Source: an uncultured virus (IMG/VR IMGVR_UViG_2757320830_000006)
Lineage: Duplodnaviria; Heunggongvirae; Uroviricota; Caudoviricetes
Direction: 5' to 3' (one strand)
DNA: 20,000 bases
IMG/VR virus record: IMGVR_UViG_2757320830_000006
The notes below the pieces were generated by a model, which searched no databases, had not been told where the DNA came from, and worked only from the letters and a program-made list of their open reading frames with translations. Below are positions 17,773-20,000 of the stretch, one piece after another. Each line of letters opens with the position of its first letter. Position 1 is the stretch's first letter. A program made the position numbers and the translations under genes.

Positions 17773-17985
17773 ATGACGGAGGAAAACAACTACTACACGG
17801 ATGAGCGCATCCGCAACGATCTCGACTACCAACGGGCGCAGAGGACTGCCAGATGCATGCTTGATACAGGCCTTATTTCCGATGACGAATTCAACAAATT
17901 ATGCGACATCAACCGCAAAACATTCTCACCCCTGTTTGCGGAAATATATCCGAAAACTGCTTGCTATGTGTCCGAAAAAGAGTGA
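17773..17985 (+). CDS. Small SHOCT-like domain protein (70 aa)
   Basis: AGGAGG at 17758-17763; it is the real C-terminal part of ORF-track 16819..17985. MLDTGLISDDEFNKL fits the SHOCT pattern L..G.I...EF. Confidence 0.75.
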   Translation: MTEENNYYTDERIRNDLDYQRAQRTARCMLDTGLISDDEFNKLCDINRKTFSPLFAEIYPKTACYVSEKE

Positions 17986-18015
17986 TTGATAGACACTAAC
18001 AAGGAGGCAGGCCAA

Positions 18016-19575
18016 TTGAAGAAAATCACAAGAATCGAACAGGCAAGCAAGGGAAAAACAGAGCCAAAGAAGCTGCGTGTTGCCGCCTACTGCCGCGTCT
18101 CCACAGACTCGGACGAGCAGCTCGAAAGTCTTGAAACACAGAAGGCGCACTATGAAAGCTACATCACATCCCGCGACGACTGGCAGTTCGCCGGAATCTA
18201 CTACGACGAGGGCATCAGCGGCACCGGCAAATCCCGGCGTCCGGAGCTTGAACGGCTCATGCAGGACTGCAAGGCCGGGAAGATCGACATGGTCATCACC
18301 AAGAGCATCAGCCGATTTTCACGCAACACCACCGACTGTCTTGAACTCGTCAGAAAGCTCCTCGCGCAGAATATCCCCATATGGTTCGAGAAGGAAAACA
18401 TCAACACCGGTTCGATGGAGAGTGAGCTGTTCCTCTCCATCCTCTCCAGCATGGCTGCGGACGAATCCCTTTCCATCAGTCTGAACAGCAAATGGAGCAT
18501 CAAGAAACGGTTTGAGAACGGTACGTTCAAGATAAGCTACCCACCATACGGGTACGACTGGGACGGCGAGACGATGGCCATCAATCCAGAGCAGGCACAG
18601 ATTGTCCGCCGCATCTTCTCAGAGACGCTTGCCGGGAAGGGAACCGCAGCCATTGCCACTGAACTCAACCGGGAGCAGATCCCGACAAAGCGCGGCGGAA
18701 ACTGGAGCCCATCCGTCGTCCGCGGGATGATCGCAAACGAGAAATACTGCGGCGACTGCCTTTATCAGAAGACGTGGTCGGATTCAGCCTACAAGCGGCA
18801 CCTGAACCACGGCGAGCAGACACAGTACCTGCAGCAGAATCATCACGAGCCCATCGTCAGCCGCGAGGACTGGGAAGCCGCGCAGAAGCTCATCTCCCAG
18901 CGGGCCGATGAGAAGAACATCAGCAAGGGCGATGAAAAGTACCAGAACCGCTACGCATTCTCCGGCAGAATCATCTGCGGCGAGTGCGGCGCAACGTTCA
19001 AGCGGCGCATCAACTACACAACGGACGGAAGCTACGCCGCATGGAGCTGCAAGACGCATCTCGCCAATAAAAGCAAATGCTCCATGCTCTTCATCCGGGA
19101 CAATGACCTCAAGCTCGCATTCGGGGCCATGATGAACAAACTCATCTTCGCGCACCGGCTGATCCTCAAACCCTACGCGGAAAGCCTGAAGAGGAGCTCG
19201 ACGAGCCAGACACTCAGCCGCATACAGCATCTTGAAACCGGCCTCGCAGAAAACGCTGACAAGCGCAAGACGCTCACGAAGCTCATGGCGCAGGGATTCA
19301 TCGACCAGGTGATCTACAGCCAGCAAACCGCCGAGCTTCTCTCGCAGGCCGACGACATTAGAAAACAGATAGACGCCCTGAAAAACACGACAAGCAATGA
19401 AGCCACAGTTCTGGTACAGGCGGAGGATCTGCTGCGCTTCACCGAGAAGAGCCCGATGCTGGAAGCCTTCGACGACCAGCTTTTTACACGGTTCGTTGAG
19501 CGTATCGTCATCCGCTCACGGCACGAGGCAGTATTCCATCTCAAATGCGGGCTCACGCTCACGGAAAGGATGTGA
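18016..19575 (+). CDS. Large serine recombinase (resolvase + recombinase + zinc-ribbon/coiled-coil domains)
   Basis: AAGGAGG at 18001 supports TTG 18016. RVAAYCRVST with catalytic Ser (18100-18102), DEGISGT, KSISRFSRN, PYGY, NEKYCGD, HEPIVS, ICGECG..WSC..C. Confidence 0.95.
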   Translation: MKKITRIEQASKGKTEPKKLRVAAYCRVSTDSDEQLESLETQKAHYESYITSRDDWQFAGIYYDEGISGTGKSRRPELERLMQDCKAGKIDMVITKSISRFSRNTTDCLELVRKLLAQNIPIWFEKENINTGSMESELFLSILSSMAADESLSISLNSKWSIKKRFENGTFKISYPPYGYDWDGETMAINPEQAQIVRRIFSETLAGKGTAAIATELNREQIPTKRGGNWSPSVVRGMIANEKYCGDCLYQKTWSDSAYKRHLNHGEQTQYLQQNHHEPIVSREDWEAAQKLISQRADEKNISKGDEKYQNRYAFSGRIICGECGATFKRRINYTTDGSYAAWSCKTHLANKSKCSMLFIRDNDLKLAFGAMMNKLIFAHRLILKPYAESLKRSSTSQTLSRIQHLETGLAENADKRKTLTKLMAQGFIDQVIYSQQTAELLSQADDIRKQIDALKNTTSNEATVLVQAEDLLRFTEKSPMLEAFDDQLFTRFVERIVIRSRHEAVFHLKCGLTLTERM

Positions 19576-19580
19576 AAATC

Positions 19581-20000
19581 ATGGGACACACACCATACGG
19601 ATACAGAACCGAAAACGGCAAAGCGGTCATCGACGAAGAGAAAGCCCAGCAGATAAGAAACCTCTACAGGAACTACCTTGACGGAATGGCGCTTGCCAGG
19701 GCTGCGCACGAAGCAGGAATCGAGACGTGGCACGGCTCGGCAAAACGCCTGCTCGAAAACAAGCACTACCTCGGAGACGACTACTATCCCGCCATCATCG
19801 ACCAGCAAACCTACGACAGAGCACAGGCCGAACGCCTGCGCCGGGCAAAGGTGCTCGGACGGACGAACAGGAAAAAGCAGTCGCCGGATACACGAAAGCC
19901 GCCAACCCGGTTCAAGCTCGCCGCTCCTGAACAGGCCTACGACGACCCGAAGCAGCAGGCGGAATACCTGTACAGCCTGATTGAAAGCGAGGCACGGTGA
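19581..20000 (+). CDS. Small recombinase-domain protein lacking the catalytic domain (139 aa)
   Basis: AAGGA upstream, ATG 19581. Begins GHTPYGY..IDEEKAQQIR and contains LENKHYLG..YPAIID, matching the DNA-binding recombinase domain of the upstream gene; no YxRVS motif. Stop at 19998-20000. Confidence 0.78.
   Translation: MGHTPYGYRTENGKAVIDEEKAQQIRNLYRNYLDGMALARAAHEAGIETWHGSAKRLLENKHYLGDDYYPAIIDQQTYDRAQAERLRRAKVLGRTNRKKQSPDTRKPPTRFKLAAPEQAYDDPKQQAEYLYSLIESEAR

Larger units (their letters stand above)
1..20000 (+). mobile_element. Siphovirus-type prophage segment (packaging, head, tail, lysis and serine-recombinase modules); both ends lie outside the window
   Basis: Unbroken co-directional gene order terminase-portal-protease-capsid-neck-tail-TMP-Dit-Tal-holin-lysin-recombinase. 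Many overlapping stop/start junctions (ATGA at 2390, 5037, 6747, 13717; TGATG at 4706) and GGAGG Shine-Dalgarno sites. Confidence 0.96.

Noticed and set aside
16819..17985. 388-aa ORF overlapping the endolysin
   Set aside because: It runs through the terminator and is shadow sequence. Only the last 70 codons (from ATG 17773, with RBS) look real.
17961..17992. Sigma-A promoter for the recombinase (TTGCTA -35)
   Set aside because: No convincing -10 hexamer at 16-18 bp spacing; unsupported without TSS data.
1..20000. CRISPR array, diversity-generating retroelement, invertible tail-fibre cassette, tRNA, intron/intein or stop-codon reassignment
   Set aside because: No repeat-spacer array, reverse transcriptase, near-identical TR/VR pair, inverted gene cassette or interrupted core gene was seen; genes read through cleanly in the standard code.

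Overview
The whole window is the right-hand part of a Firmicutes-type temperate siphophage (prophage), with every real gene on the + strand. In order: the 3' part of the large terminase, HK97-type portal, ClpP-like prohead protease, HK97-fold major capsid, four neck/tail-completion genes, major tail protein, tail assembly chaperones with a -1 slippery site, tape measure protein, an enlarged Dit, Tal, two small tail-tip genes, an 824-aa GH18 protein, holin and a GH25-CW_7-LysM endolysin. A recombination cassette follows: a small SHOCT-like protein, a large serine recombinase and a non-catalytic recombinase-domain protein. The most unusual part is the tail tip (9645-16191). (1) A carbohydrate-binding-type jelly roll seems split between the C-terminus of Tal and either of two paralogous, separately translated downstream proteins. 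(2) The GH18 barrel is interrupted by about 480 aa of probable lectin-like domains. (3) Dit carries a nested LamG insertion. All family calls come from motif recognition by eye; no database searches were run.
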